Below, one piece after another: positions 41,261 to 51,034 of a stretch of 64,000 nucleotides of DNA. How positions within the stretch are numbered: position 1 is the stretch's first letter; every line of letters begins with the position of its first letter. A program made the position numbers and the translations under genes. The stretch comes from Clostridia bacterium. Its GTDB lineage: Bacteria; Bacillota; Clostridia; Oscillospirales; CAG-272. The stretch is taken from NCBI GenBank assembly GCA_017503105.1, contig JAFVTS010000010.1:30419-94418 (forward strand), read 5' to 3'. The notes beneath the pieces are model-generated. The model searched no databases. It was not told the origin of the DNA and worked only from the letters and a program-made list of their open reading frames with translations.

Positions 41261-41917
41261 ATGGAAAGCTACAAGAGAGAATTTATACAGTTCCTTGAGA
41301 ACGCGGGCGTTCTCAAGTTCGGTGACTTCACCGCAAAGAGCGGAAGAAAGATCCCCTATTTCATCAACGCGGGAATGATCAAGACGGGCAGCGATATAGC
41401 TACTCTCGGCGAGTTCTACGCAAAGGCTTATTTTGAAAAGCTCGGCGCAAAGAAGGCAGTTCTTTACGGCCCTGCGTACAAGGGAATATCCCTTTCCGTT
41501 TCCGCGGCTGTCGCGCTTTCTAAGAAGGATCTCAACGTGCCCTTCTTCTTCAACAGAAAGGAAGTTAAGGACCACGGCGAGGGCGGCGTTTTCGTCGGCT
41601 ACGTTCCCACCGCAGGCGAGGAGATAGTTATTATCGAGGACGTTATCACCGCCGGCACGGCTATCCGCGAGAGTATGGAGATCCTCTCCCATCTTGAGGG
41701 CACGAAGGTTGCCGCGACCTTTATAATGGTTGACAGAAAGGAAAAGGGTCAGGGCGAAAAGGGTGCAATGACAGAGATCGAGGAGCAGTTCGGCTTCCCC
41801 GTTTATTCCATAGTTGACGTTTACGACATCATCGAATACCTCGAAGAGGACGAGAAGAACAAGGAAAACGTCGAGAGGATCAGGAAGTACCTTGAGGTGT
41901 ACGGCGCAAAGGCGTAA
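41261..41917 (+). CDS. pyrE: Orotate phosphoribosyltransferase
   Basis: LKFGDFTAKSGR, GPAYKG, FNRKEVKDHGEGG, IIEDVITAGT. Confidence 0.96.
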   Translation: MESYKREFIQFLENAGVLKFGDFTAKSGRKIPYFINAGMIKTGSDIATLGEFYAKAYFEKLGAKKAVLYGPAYKGISLSVSAAVALSKKDLNVPFFFNRKEVKDHGEGGVFVGYVPTAGEEIVIIEDVITAGTAIRESMEILSHLEGTKVAATFIMVDRKEKGQGEKGAMTEIEEQFGFPVYSIVDVYDIIEYLEEDEKNKENVERIRKYLEVYGAKA

Positions 41918-41950
41918 GTTTCTAAAACTCCCGAAAGGAAGCTCTTTAAA

Positions 41951-43012
41951 ATGAGAAATCTTGTTGACATCCTTGACTTTTCCGTCGAGGAGATAGACGG
42001 TCTTGTAAAGACCGCAAACGACATAATAGAAAACCCCGAAATGTATTCCGACAGCTGCAGGGGCAAGATCCTCGGCACGCTCTTCTTTGAGCCGTCGACG
42101 AGAACCAGACTCTCCTTTACGTCGGCTATGATGTCCCTCGGCGGCAGCGTGCTCGGCTTCTCGCAGGCAGCAAGCACGTCCGTGTCAAAGGGCGAGACCG
42201 TTTCCGACACCATAAGGATGGTCAGCGCGTATTCCGATATAATCGCGATGCGCCACCCGAAGGAGGGCGCGCCCATCGTGGCGTCACGCGTCTCGAGCGT
42301 TCCGATAATCAACGCGGGTGACGGAGGGCACTTCCACCCCACTCAGACGCTAACCGACCTTCTTACGATAAACAGGAAGAAGGGCAGATTTACGGATATG
42401 ACCGTCGGAATCTGCGGCGACCTTAAATACGGCAGGACGGTGCATTCGCTGATCAGCGCGATGACGAGATACGAGGGTGTGAAATTCGTCCTCATTTCGC
42501 CAAAGGAGCTGGCGCTTCCCGATTACGTAAAGGCGGACTTCCTTGACAAGTGCTCGTCGGAGTACGTTGAGTGCGAGAGCCTTGAGGACGCGATCCCCTC
42601 GCTTGATATCCTTTATATGACGAGGATCCAGGCAGAAAGATTTGATTCCCCCGAGGAGTATGAAAGGCTCAAGGATTCCTACGTTCTCACCAAAGAGAAA
42701 TTGAAGGACGCGAAGCCCGATCTTTCGATAATGCACCCGCTTCCCCGTGTAAACGAGATCTCAACGGACGTTGACGACGATCCGAGAGCGGATTACTTCG
42801 ACCAGGCGAAATTCGGCAGATATATCAGAATGGCGCTCATCCTTATGCTCCTCAAAACGAAGAGCGTGTCGGACGTGCGCACGGGGGGAGAGGAAGATCC
42901 CACCCTTATCTGCAAGAATCCGCACTGCATCTCTATGACCGAGCGCGGAATTAAGCGCCTCTTTAAGGGCGGCGCTTGCATCTATTGCGATCAAAAGGCG
43001 TCAAAGGTGTGA
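41951..43012 (+). CDS. pyrB: Aspartate carbamoyltransferase catalytic subunit with C-terminal PyrI-like Zn module
   Basis: [18 protein letters not shown]; extra tail CKNPHCIS...CIYCD. Confidence 0.95.
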   Translation: MRNLVDILDFSVEEIDGLVKTANDIIENPEMYSDSCRGKILGTLFFEPSTRTRLSFTSAMMSLGGSVLGFSQAASTSVSKGETVSDTIRMVSAYSDIIAMRHPKEGAPIVASRVSSVPIINAGDGGHFHPTQTLTDLLTINRKKGRFTDMTVGICGDLKYGRTVHSLISAMTRYEGVKFVLISPKELALPDYVKADFLDKCSSEYVECESLEDAIPSLDILYMTRIQAERFDSPEEYERLKDSYVLTKEKLKDAKPDLSIMHPLPRVNEISTDVDDDPRADYFDQAKFGRYIRMALILMLLKTKSVSDVRTGGEEDPTLICKNPHCISMTERGIKRLFKGGACIYCDQKASKV

Positions 43013-43182
43013 AAAAGCAATAGTTATCGGGTCAATGCCCGAAGACGAAAGACGCCGAGGTAAATTGAATTTTTAGTTATAAAAGACCCGCTATCTTAAA
43101 TGACAGCGAGTCTTTTTTCTTTGTATAAAATTAGTATTTTTGATAAAATATCCAAATTGGATCCGAGCGATTTATTGTACCG

Positions 43183-44652
43183 TCAATCTTCCGAGCTTAT
43201 TACGAGCCCCTTGCCGCGGCGGTACCTTTCGCCCGTCTTATCGTAGGTAACGGTGTAGAGCTTGCCGCGGTATTCGAGGTTCTCAAGGCGGAAGTAGTCC
43301 CAATCCGCAGGTATGGCAGGGGACGCCGTAAGTCCGTCCTCTCCGCAGCTTACGCCGACGGTGCCGCTTATTACGAGATCTATGAAGGTGGAGTGGTTAT
43401 AATCCTTTCCGCGCTCTTTTCCGCCGAGCTTTTCCTGCCAGCCGAGGTCCTTCAGAATCTCGCGGGAGGTCCAGATTTTTTCATACGGGCTCATCACCTC
43501 GTCTATCCAAGGAAGAGTTTTGCCGTTTTCGGTCAGGGTGTGGCTTTTTGCGTAAAGATTCATACCGTCGATGAAGATGGGCTTCAAGCTCTCGTCGCCG
43601 TCCTTTACGGCGGTGTAAAGTGCGGTGAGCGTTTCCGACGTTGCGAAGGGCCAGACGTAGCCGTTCCAAAGGCATTCGTGATCAGCTTCAAAGAGGAAGC
43701 GAGGGTCGCTCATATCAGCAGTCGTATATCCGACGGGTGAGCGGAAGCACTTGCTGTCAGAAAGATAGGCGAACGCCGCGTTTCTTTCCTTCGGCGGGAT
43801 CGAGAACATCCACGGAATGTAGCCGATCTCCTCCTTCGGAGCCTCGGAAAAGTCGCCCGACTCGAACGCCGAGTCAAGCTCTTCGTCGCGCTGACCGTGC
43901 AGGGGCTTGTAAAAGTCCCCGTCCCAAAGCTTTTCGTTTATCATATCGCGGAGCTTTGCCGCCTTTTCTCCGTACTCTTTCGCGACGTCCGCTCTGCCCT
44001 CGTCCTCGGCGAAGCGCGCGATGGCGAGCGCCTCGGCGTACATATAGGAGTTAAGCGTTGGGCGCGTGCCGCGTACCATATTCATATTTTTCGTTCCGCT
44101 GATGGAGTATTCCATAGCGTCCCGTCCGTCAAGCGACCAGAACATACCCGACGCCGTCCCGTGCGTCCGCTCCCATTCTTCGTAATAACGGATCATAAGA
44201 TCGAGCTTCCCCGAGAAGAGCTTTTTTCCCTTGACGTCCTCAAGCTTCGTCGCCGCGTCAAGAAGCCAGGTGCTGTATCTGTGGGATTCCTCGCCGTGGG
44301 TTAAGAAGAAGTTTACGTAATCGCAAAGATATCTCTCGCTCCCTCTTAGCCATCTGCCCTCGTAGATGTGGTGTCCTGCCGCTGCGTTTATTATATTGTA
44401 AGGACCCGCCCACGGCACGTCGGGAAGAAATTCCGAGATTATATACCCCTCGGGCGTTTCCTTCACGTGCTTTCTGAAGGTCCAGAGCCTGAAATAAAAG
44501 GTCCTCTCAAAATCCCCGTCGGGGCACTCAAATCTCGGGGCGCATTCCTTCAGCCATTCGTAAGCGTGTGCGTTGTCTATCGAGTTTTTATAAAGTTCGC
44601 TGTCGTTTTCGTTAAACGAATCGACGTATGCTTTCAGCTTTTTCGTCAGCAT
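43183..44652 (-). CDS. (alpha/alpha)6 glycoside hydrolase (MGH1/GH63/trehalase-like)
   Basis: YFRLWTFRKH, DAMEYSIS, RPTLNSYMY, HECLWNGYVWP, DYNHSTF. Confidence 0.8.
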   Translation of the reverse strand: MLTKKLKAYVDSFNENDSELYKNSIDNAHAYEWLKECAPRFECPDGDFERTFYFRLWTFRKHVKETPEGYIISEFLPDVPWAGPYNIINAAAGHHIYEGRWLRGSERYLCDYVNFFLTHGEESHRYSTWLLDAATKLEDVKGKKLFSGKLDLMIRYYEEWERTHGTASGMFWSLDGRDAMEYSISGTKNMNMVRGTRPTLNSYMYAEALAIARFAEDEGRADVAKEYGEKAAKLRDMINEKLWDGDFYKPLHGQRDEELDSAFESGDFSEAPKEEIGYIPWMFSIPPKERNAAFAYLSDSKCFRSPVGYTTADMSDPRFLFEADHECLWNGYVWPFATSETLTALYTAVKDGDESLKPIFIDGMNLYAKSHTLTENGKTLPWIDEVMSPYEKIWTSREILKDLGWQEKLGGKERGKDYNHSTFIDLVISGTVGVSCGEDGLTASPAIPADWDYFRLENLEYRGKLYTVTYDKTGERYRRGKGLVISSED

Positions 44653-45530
44653 TTCTTAAAAAGATCCCTTTCTCCGTATTCTGCAAGTCCTATGTACTCG
44701 GGCACGCCGTTACGGCCGTTATACCATATGCGCCAACGTCCAAGCTCCTCTTCCCAAAGCGCCGAGGGCTTGTAGCACGCGTCGCCGTCCCACGAGTCCT
44801 TGTCGGGGGAAACGAGGGGGTTGAGGGGAGAGCGCTCCCAGGCGGTGATGCCGTTTTCGGATCTTGCGACGCAGATGCGGGCGGTGTTTATATCCTCGTA
44901 GCCGATATAGAAGCAAAGATAACCCATATCGGGGGTCTTGATGACTTGACAGCCGCCAAGGCGGTCTTTTTCATAGTAGTTGCTCCCCTCGGCGACGAGG
45001 ATGGGGTTGATGCGCGATTTCTTCCAATTGATTCCGTCGTCACTCTCGGCGTAGGCAAGGACGTTTGGCTCGTAGGTCTCGCCTGCGGCGTACCACATTC
45101 TGTACTTTCCGCCTTCGTAAAGCACGCAAGGGTTCATAACGGATTCCTTTTCCCAAGGGTATTCGGAGATCATTATGGGCTCGTCGCACTTTTTCTCAAA
45201 GTGAATGCCGTCGACACTCTCGGCGTAGCCGATGTAGCTGTGTCCTCTTGCCTGTCCCGTGTACCACATCTTGAAGACGCCGTCTATTTTGAGCACGCAG
45301 TTGCGGTTAAGGCCGTCCTCCCAGCCTGATTTCGGGTCGGGGGCGAGGGTGATCTTGGGCTCAGACCAATGAATGCCGTCGTCGCTGAATATTACGGCAA
45401 GTGATTTTTCACGTCTCCAAGAAAAGTCGAGGCGGTATTTTCCATCCTCCTTAGTAACGTAAACGTCAAAGGCGGTGCCTATTTCTTCATTCCCGAAAAT
45501 GGGATTGTTTTCATTTTTCTTAAAGGTCAT
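44646..45530 (-). CDS. Five-bladed beta-propeller glycosidase (GH32/43/130-like)
   Basis: Repeated S.DG..W blades, NPCV, MWY.G, YKPS. Confidence 0.75.
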   Translation of the reverse strand: MTFKKNENNPIFGNEEIGTAFDVYVTKEDGKYRLDFSWRREKSLAVIFSDDGIHWSEPKITLAPDPKSGWEDGLNRNCVLKIDGVFKMWYTGQARGHSYIGYAESVDGIHFEKKCDEPIMISEYPWEKESVMNPCVLYEGGKYRMWYAAGETYEPNVLAYAESDDGINWKKSRINPILVAEGSNYYEKDRLGGCQVIKTPDMGYLCFYIGYEDINTARICVARSENGITAWERSPLNPLVSPDKDSWDGDACYKPSALWEEELGRWRIWYNGRNGVPEYIGLAEYGERDLFKKC

Positions 45531-45630
45531 TCTTTATCTCCTTGCTTTAAAGGTATTATGACTCTATTGTACACGCACAGCGGACGTAAGTCAATACGAA
45601 ATTAGGTCGGATTTTTATAAAAAAGAGTCG

Positions 45631-45801
45631 TTATACGGGATCCCACTCAAGCTGGTCGGGGTCGTAATGCTCGCCCGGGGCGGGGGTGTAGGTCTCGGGG
45701 TCCTTGTTTTCGTCTCTTTTGCCCTTTACGATGAATGCGAGGGATATTACGAGCACCGTAAGCGTGATTATCAAAACGGCGATTACAAGCTTTTTCTTCA
45801 T
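45631..45801 (-). CDS. Small single-pass membrane or secreted protein (56 aa)
   Basis: Manual translation MKKKLVIAVLIITLTVLVISLAFIVKGKRDENKDPETYTPAPGEHYDPDQLEWDPV*; AGGAG upstream; shorter than any ORF in the track. Confidence 0.65.
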   Translation of the reverse strand: MKKKLVIAVLIITLTVLVISLAFIVKGKRDENKDPETYTPAPGEHYDPDQLEWDPV

Positions 45802-45979
45802 TAAAGTAAATGGCGCTCCTCGTCGGGAGCGATACTCCTTTTTGATTTATATTACAATTATACCACCCGAGTATTTTTTTGTCAATAGAAAACGGACGCT
45901 CGCCGCTTTCACATAAATGTATCTATACCATAAAATAAATAGTGAGGTACAAATTAAGAGAAACGGAGCTTTTGATTTT

Positions 45980-46732
45980 ATGACAGTTGACGTAATAGGA
46001 GGCGGGGAGCGTGAGTCGGCGTGCGCCGAGCGGCTCGCCCCTTCGGAAATATGCTCGAATTTTTCGCGCGTGCTGGTCTTGCCGATACCGACGGCGAGAA
46101 ACGGCAGGGATATTACGGGCACGGATATACCGCTTGCCTCGCTCGCACAGCTTTCGGAAAGCGGAGTGCTTTTTTGCGCTCACGGCCTGCCCGAGTCATA
46201 TAAGAAATGCATCACGGAGCTTGGCGGGGTAGTGGCGGACGTCGCTGAGGATGAGCGATTCGTCGCGGAGAATGCCGCCCTTACTGCGGAGTGTACGCTT
46301 TCTTATATTATGAACACGCGGAAGGCGGCGCTTGCCGACCTTTACGTCGGTATCGTCGGTTACGGAAGGATAGGCAAGGCTCTGCTTGAGCTTCTTTTGT
46401 TCCACGGCACGAGAGTGACGGTCTTCACGCGCGGGGATTCCGTAAGGATGAAGCTGCTTGAAGACGGCGTTGAAGCAAAGCTCGTTCCCGAGGCGACGTT
46501 TGACTCTCTTGACGTGCTCGTCAATACGGCACCTGCAAGACTTTTTTCGAAAAAGCAAATTGAGAGTATCAGCGCCGAGGTGCTTGAGCTTGCTCCCGGT
46601 GATAATTTTAAGGGTGTCGAAAATTTAACACGCCTCCCCTCATTGCCCGCAAAAATGCTCCCGAAAACCGCGGGGCGTCTTTATGCTGAGGCGGTAGTCA
46701 GGGAGCTTGAAAAACAGGGAGATGTAAAGTAA
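45980..46732 (+). CDS. spoVFA: Dipicolinate synthase subunit A
   Basis: LVLPIP, ENAALTAE, GYGRIG, NTAP, LP.K..P.TAG; directly upstream of subunit B; GGAG before ATG 45980. Confidence 0.8.
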   Translation: MTVDVIGGGERESACAERLAPSEICSNFSRVLVLPIPTARNGRDITGTDIPLASLAQLSESGVLFCAHGLPESYKKCITELGGVVADVAEDERFVAENAALTAECTLSYIMNTRKAALADLYVGIVGYGRIGKALLELLLFHGTRVTVFTRGDSVRMKLLEDGVEAKLVPEATFDSLDVLVNTAPARLFSKKQIESISAEVLELAPGDNFKGVENLTRLPSLPAKMLPKTAGRLYAEAVVRELEKQGDVK

Positions 46733-47319
46733 TGTTTACAAAATCTTTTGAAGGTCTTAAAATAGGATATGCATTTTGCGCGTCGTTTTGCACGCTTGAG
46801 CGCTCTTTTTCGGAGATGGAAAAGCTCGTGGGGCTCGGCGCGTCCGTATATCCTATAATGAGCGAGAGGACGTATTCGGTTGACTCTCGCTTCACCGTGG
46901 CGAGTGAGTTTCGCGAGAGGGTAAAAAGATGCGCGGGCAGGGAAATCGTCGCAAGCGTCGAGGATGCCGAGCCCTTTGGACCCGCCGAGCCGCTTGACGT
47001 TTTGATAATAGCGCCGTGCACGGGGAATACGCTCGCTAAAATTTCCCTCGGAATATCCGACGGAGCAGTCAGTATGGCGGCAAAGGCTCATCTGAGAGCT
47101 GACAGGGTGACGCTCATCGCGCTTTCAAGCAACGACGCAATGTCGCGCAATCTTCCGTCGATCGCACGAATGCTTGAGCACAAGGCGGTGTATTTCCTTC
47201 CGATGCGCCAGGACGACCCGTCGAAGAAGCCGCACTCGCTCGTAGCGGATTATTCCCGTATGTGTGATGCGCTTGACGCGGCGCTTCGTTCCGAGCAGCT
47301 TCGCCCGATATTTATGTAA
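46732..47319 (+). CDS. spoVFB: Dipicolinate synthase subunit B
   Basis: CASFCT, AEPFGP, APCTGNTLAK, AAKAHLR, QDDP.KKPHSL. Confidence 0.95.
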   Translation: MFTKSFEGLKIGYAFCASFCTLERSFSEMEKLVGLGASVYPIMSERTYSVDSRFTVASEFRERVKRCAGREIVASVEDAEPFGPAEPLDVLIIAPCTGNTLAKISLGISDGAVSMAAKAHLRADRVTLIALSSNDAMSRNLPSIARMLEHKAVYFLPMRQDDPSKKPHSLVADYSRMCDALDAALRSEQLRPIFM

Positions 47320-47445
47320 GGGGCGGAAAAATATTCACGAAATTCCTCTTTTACCCCTGCCTAAATATCGCAAATATTGATATAAACGGACGCGGTAGTA
47401 CGCTGTTTTGCCATATCGCCGTCCGTTTTGTTTTTTTCGCTGAAA

Positions 47446-47503
47446 ATCGACACGGGGTGCCATCTCTGCTTCGACAATCTTCTTTCTCGCTTCGGTTTAT
47501 AAT
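47446..47503 (+). promoter_or_regulatory. Spo0A-dependent sigma-A promoter of spoIIE
   Basis: Perfect 0A box TTCGACA (47470-47476, reverse of TGTCGAA) 21 bp before TATAAT (47498); a 6/7 box ATCGACA at 47446. Same overlong spacing as Bacillus spoIIE/spoIIG promoters. Confidence 0.75.
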
Positions 47504-47556
47504 GATTTCGGAAATGCTTTTTCCGAATGAAGTCAACAAAAGAGAGGATTTTTGAA

Positions 47557-49968
47557 ATGGATAACGTCAACGGTCACGGAAAAAAGAATGAAAAGAAAGG
47601 GAAACGGCGCTTCCCGCTTGCGGACGTTTTTTATTCCGCCGTGGACAGAAGGCGAGCAAATCCCACGGCAATAGTTTCTGATATAGCGGTGTTCGTTATA
47701 GCTTTGGTTCTTGCAAGGCGGCACCTCATTTTCGGTGCGCATCCGCTCGGCATCGCGTTTCTTGCCGTTCTTCCGACGCACGTGTGGATATCTCTGATAG
47801 GAGCCGTGGTCGGCTCGATCACCCTTGGCGGCGCGGGCTTCGTTTACGCGATAATATCCGTCGTGGTAGTCTTTCTCCGCATAGTAACGTCGGGCTCGGA
47901 GGAAGGGGACGACGTCCTCTTTGGCGAAAGTCTGATTCTCAGAATGGCGGCGTCACTTATCGGCGGGTTTACCGCGGCTATATACGAAATACTTCTTACG
48001 GGCCTTTCGTGGACTACGGTCCTCTTCGGTCTTTCGATGACGCTGATACCGCCCGTGGCGGTCTTTGGCGTTTCGGGAATTTTCTCCGAGGGATTTACTC
48101 TTCGAGCCCTGCTTATCAACAGACGGAATTTGTTTGATTCAACGGGCAGGACTGAAAAGGAGCGTTATAATATAGTTTTCTTCCAGTGTTCCGCGGCGCT
48201 CGCGGTCTTCTTCGTAGGCTTCGCGCTTGAGCCGTACGCTCTCCTCGGAATATCGGCGTCCTACGTTTTTGCGGGGCTTTTTACCCTCGTTACAGCAAAG
48301 CGCTTCGGCGCGCTCAGAGCGGCGGGAGTCGGCTTTTTCGCAATACTCGGAGTGAACGCGATGCAGTCCGTTTCCTTCGCACTCGCGGGGCTCGCCTCGG
48401 GCGTGCTGTTTGCGGTCGGGCTTCCGTACGCGCTTGTCGGAGGCGGCGCGGCTCTGGTCGTGTGGAGCATATACTCCGGGGGATTTCGCTCCTTGCTCGA
48501 GGTCTTGCCCGAATATATGATAGCGGCGGTGCTTGGTGCCGCGATACTGAAAAAGATCACCATAGAAAAAACGGTGAAGGAAGAGGAAGAGTGCAAGAAG
48601 CAAGCGGCGGAGATGGTCGGGACGATGGGGCTCAATTACCGCTCGTCGTACCGCGGCTCTCTTGCCGCGCTTGAGGAATCGCTGCTCGGTCTTTCGGTCG
48701 CGGTGAGGAAATTTTCGCAAGGAAACGCGAAGCTTGACACCGAGGATTACAAAACCGTCGTGACGGACGCCGTTTCATCGTTTTGCAAAAGCTGCCCGGG
48801 TTATCCTACCTGTCGGGCAAACGGAGCCGAGCCGTACACCGAACTCGCCGACAAAATAGCCGCGCGTCTTACGGTGAAGAAAAACGTGTCGGCAAAGGAT
48901 TTTGAGGCGCTTCCCGCGTATTGCCATATGTCGAACAGGATCTTCGAAGTGATAAACGAAAGGGCGGCAAAGGCCGAGGCTGAGCGCTTCAAGATGTACG
49001 GCGCCGAGTCGGGCGGCAGTCCTTACGAGATGCTCTCAAGGCTCATAAACGACGCTATATCGAGTGATGACAGAGAGCGCACGGTGAACACGGCTCTCAC
49101 GGAACGTCTTGAGCCCGTGGTAAAGGAGTTCGGACCCGAGGATTCCGTCATCAGGGTATACGGCGACAGACGCTATCATCTTATAGCGGCGGGGGATGAT
49201 GCGGACGGAACGAAGATAAGCTCGCCCGAATTCAAAAAAAGGATAGAGGAGTCTATTGGAGTGAGAATAGGAGCACCTGAATTTTTCAGAAACGGTAAAA
49301 CCGCACTTATGGAGGCGGACGCGTGCAGAGCTTACGCCGTCGAGTGCGCGTCAAGGGCAATAGGAGGCAAGGAGGACGTCGTTTCGGGCGACACGGTGAT
49401 CACGTTCGAATCCTCCGATGACAGATTTTACGCCGTCCTCTCCGACGGAATGGGGTCGGGCAGAGTGGCAAGGGACACGTCGTCCTTCGTCTGCTCGTAC
49501 CTGTCGGAGATGCTTGACGCCTCCGCTCCGTCGGATACGGTGCTTCATATGCTGAGCCACATCATAAGACACGGCGGCGCCGAGTGCTCCGCCACGGTGG
49601 ATATTTTCGGTTTTGACCTGATAAACGGCGAGGCGATGTTCTTGAAGAGCGGCGCCGCTCCGTCGTACGTCAAGCGCAAGGATTCCATCTTCCGCATTCG
49701 CTCGGAAACGGCGCCCATCGGACTTATGAAGCGCGTTGACGCCGAGCGGATAGTGACGAGCGTGGACGACGGCGACTTCGTGATAATGCTCTCCGACGGC
49801 GTGAGCCAGAGCACGGATGACGCGGCGTGGCTGCTTGAACTTCTGGCAAAGCCGCCAATCGATGACGTTGAAGAATACGCCGAGGCAATTCTCTCTGCCG
49901 CGACGAGGCATTCGCATTTCAACGACGATATGACGGTCGTCGTGGCAAAGGTCACAAAGCTTGCTTGA
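47557..49968 (+). CDS. spoIIE: Stage II sporulation protein E (PP2C phosphatase)
   Basis: Multi-TM N-terminus, CxxCxxxxxC middle region, SGD, SDGMGSG, SATVD, KSGAAPS, SDGV, DDMTV. Confidence 0.92.
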   Translation: MDNVNGHGKKNEKKGKRRFPLADVFYSAVDRRRANPTAIVSDIAVFVIALVLARRHLIFGAHPLGIAFLAVLPTHVWISLIGAVVGSITLGGAGFVYAIISVVVVFLRIVTSGSEEGDDVLFGESLILRMAASLIGGFTAAIYEILLTGLSWTTVLFGLSMTLIPPVAVFGVSGIFSEGFTLRALLINRRNLFDSTGRTEKERYNIVFFQCSAALAVFFVGFALEPYALLGISASYVFAGLFTLVTAKRFGALRAAGVGFFAILGVNAMQSVSFALAGLASGVLFAVGLPYALVGGGAALVVWSIYSGGFRSLLEVLPEYMIAAVLGAAILKKITIEKTVKEEEECKKQAAEMVGTMGLNYRSSYRGSLAALEESLLGLSVAVRKFSQGNAKLDTEDYKTVVTDAVSSFCKSCPGYPTCRANGAEPYTELADKIAARLTVKKNVSAKDFEALPAYCHMSNRIFEVINERAAKAEAERFKMYGAESGGSPYEMLSRLINDAISSDDRERTVNTALTERLEPVVKEFGPEDSVIRVYGDRRYHLIAAGDDADGTKISSPEFKKRIEESIGVRIGAPEFFRNGKTALMEADACRAYAVECASRAIGGKEDVVSGDTVITFESSDDRFYAVLSDGMGSGRVARDTSSFVCSYLSEMLDASAPSDTVLHMLSHIIRHGGAECSATVDIFGFDLINGEAMFLKSGAAPSYVKRKDSIFRIRSETAPIGLMKRVDAERIVTSVDDGDFVIMLSDGVSQSTDDAAWLLELLAKPPIDDVEEYAEAILSAATRHSHFNDDMTVVVAKVTKLA

Positions 49969-50077
49969 TGAAACGAAAAGCCGCCATTTAATGAAAGTGC
50001 TCTGAAGGATGTGTGTCCACCGACAGAAAAAGGACGAAGAGCTGTTGATGCTCTCCGTCCTTTTTACTGCATTTTTA

Positions 50078-50536
50078 TTAAAGAAGATCATAAATATTTA
50101 TTATTTTCTTTTTCTTTCGTTTTGCCACTTGGAGCGATTTATATGCACCACCGTAATTGTGATTTACATATGCTATTATCAGGTCTGCGTTTGTCATCAT
50201 CCATTCATTTCTTTTCAATATTGCAAATCTTGGTGGCACGTTTTCTATAGGAGGATATATCGATGTATCGAATAAACCGCAGCCTTGCATTTCTTTTATT
50301 TTTGTTTGTTCTGATAAGCTGATGTAGGGGGTAACATAAACAATTTCAATAGTGCCATATTCCTGCTTTAATTCCCTGCACGCACGAGCACAAATTTCAT
50401 CGAAATTGCCGTATCCACCAAGATAGCAGGTAACGAGATTGTTATCAATAATATTATTTCGTATTTGATCTTTTACCATTTCTTTCACCATATTGTTCGA
50501 AGAAATGAACGAGTGCCCTGCAAAAGCAATTGTCAT
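50078..50536 (-). CDS. SLOG/DUF1273(YpsA)-like protein
   Basis: IAFAGHS, GGYGNFD, AILKRNEWM..NADLIIAYV...GGAY. Confidence 0.75.
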   Translation of the reverse strand: MTIAFAGHSFISSNNMVKEMVKDQIRNNIIDNNLVTCYLGGYGNFDEICARACRELKQEYGTIEIVYVTPYISLSEQTKIKEMQGCGLFDTSIYPPIENVPPRFAILKRNEWMMTNADLIIAYVNHNYGGAYKSLQVAKRKKKKIINIYDLL

Positions 50537-50555
50537 ATTACACCTCTTATTTTTC

Positions 50556-50673
50556 GTGGAACACCACTATATAACAGGTATATTATACAACCAAACGAAA
50601 ACTTTGTCAATATCGTGGAACTCCACGAGAGAAAGACTTTATATTTACCTATAATAATTGTGGAACTCCACAA
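50556..50673. promoter_or_regulatory. Three palindromic operators GTGG-AACW-CCAC
   Basis: Copies at 50556-50567, 50615-50626 and 50660-50671 between divergent genes. Confidence 0.75.
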
Positions 50674-50694
50674 AATCAAAGGAAGGATACGGTT

Positions 50695-50931
50695 ATGAAA
50701 TTAAATGACGCTATCGTCAAGCGGATAGATGAGCTTTGTAAGGAACGCGGCACTAACATATGTGATATTTCCCTGAGCGGCGGAATGTCACCCTCTGCAA
50801 TTTACGATCTGCTCAAAGGCAGAACTAAATGCTCAAAGGTTATTACCGTAAAGCGCTTTTGTGAAGGCGCGGGAATAACTTTATCCCAATTTTTTGACAA
50901 AGATTATTTCAACGATCCCGAGGACGATTGA
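50695..50931 (+). CDS. Small XRE-family HTH regulator
   Basis: RI.ELCKERG...S..GG.SPS.IY..L.G...T...FC.G.GITL..FFD. Confidence 0.85.
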   Translation: MKLNDAIVKRIDELCKERGTNICDISLSGGMSPSAIYDLLKGRTKCSKVITVKRFCEGAGITLSQFFDKDYFNDPEDD

Positions 50932-50971
50932 TATTGCGAGAAAGACGGTATTTACCTCTCGGAAGATGGAG

Positions 50972-51010
50972 AAAGGCACTTATGGAAGTTAGCTTGCCAT
51001 AAGTGCCTTT
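50972..51010. terminator. Bidirectional terminator hairpin
   Basis: AAAGGCACTTATGG...CCATAAGTGCCTTT. Confidence 0.7.
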
Positions 51011-51034
51011 GCGTTACATTCGTAATTTGTTTTA

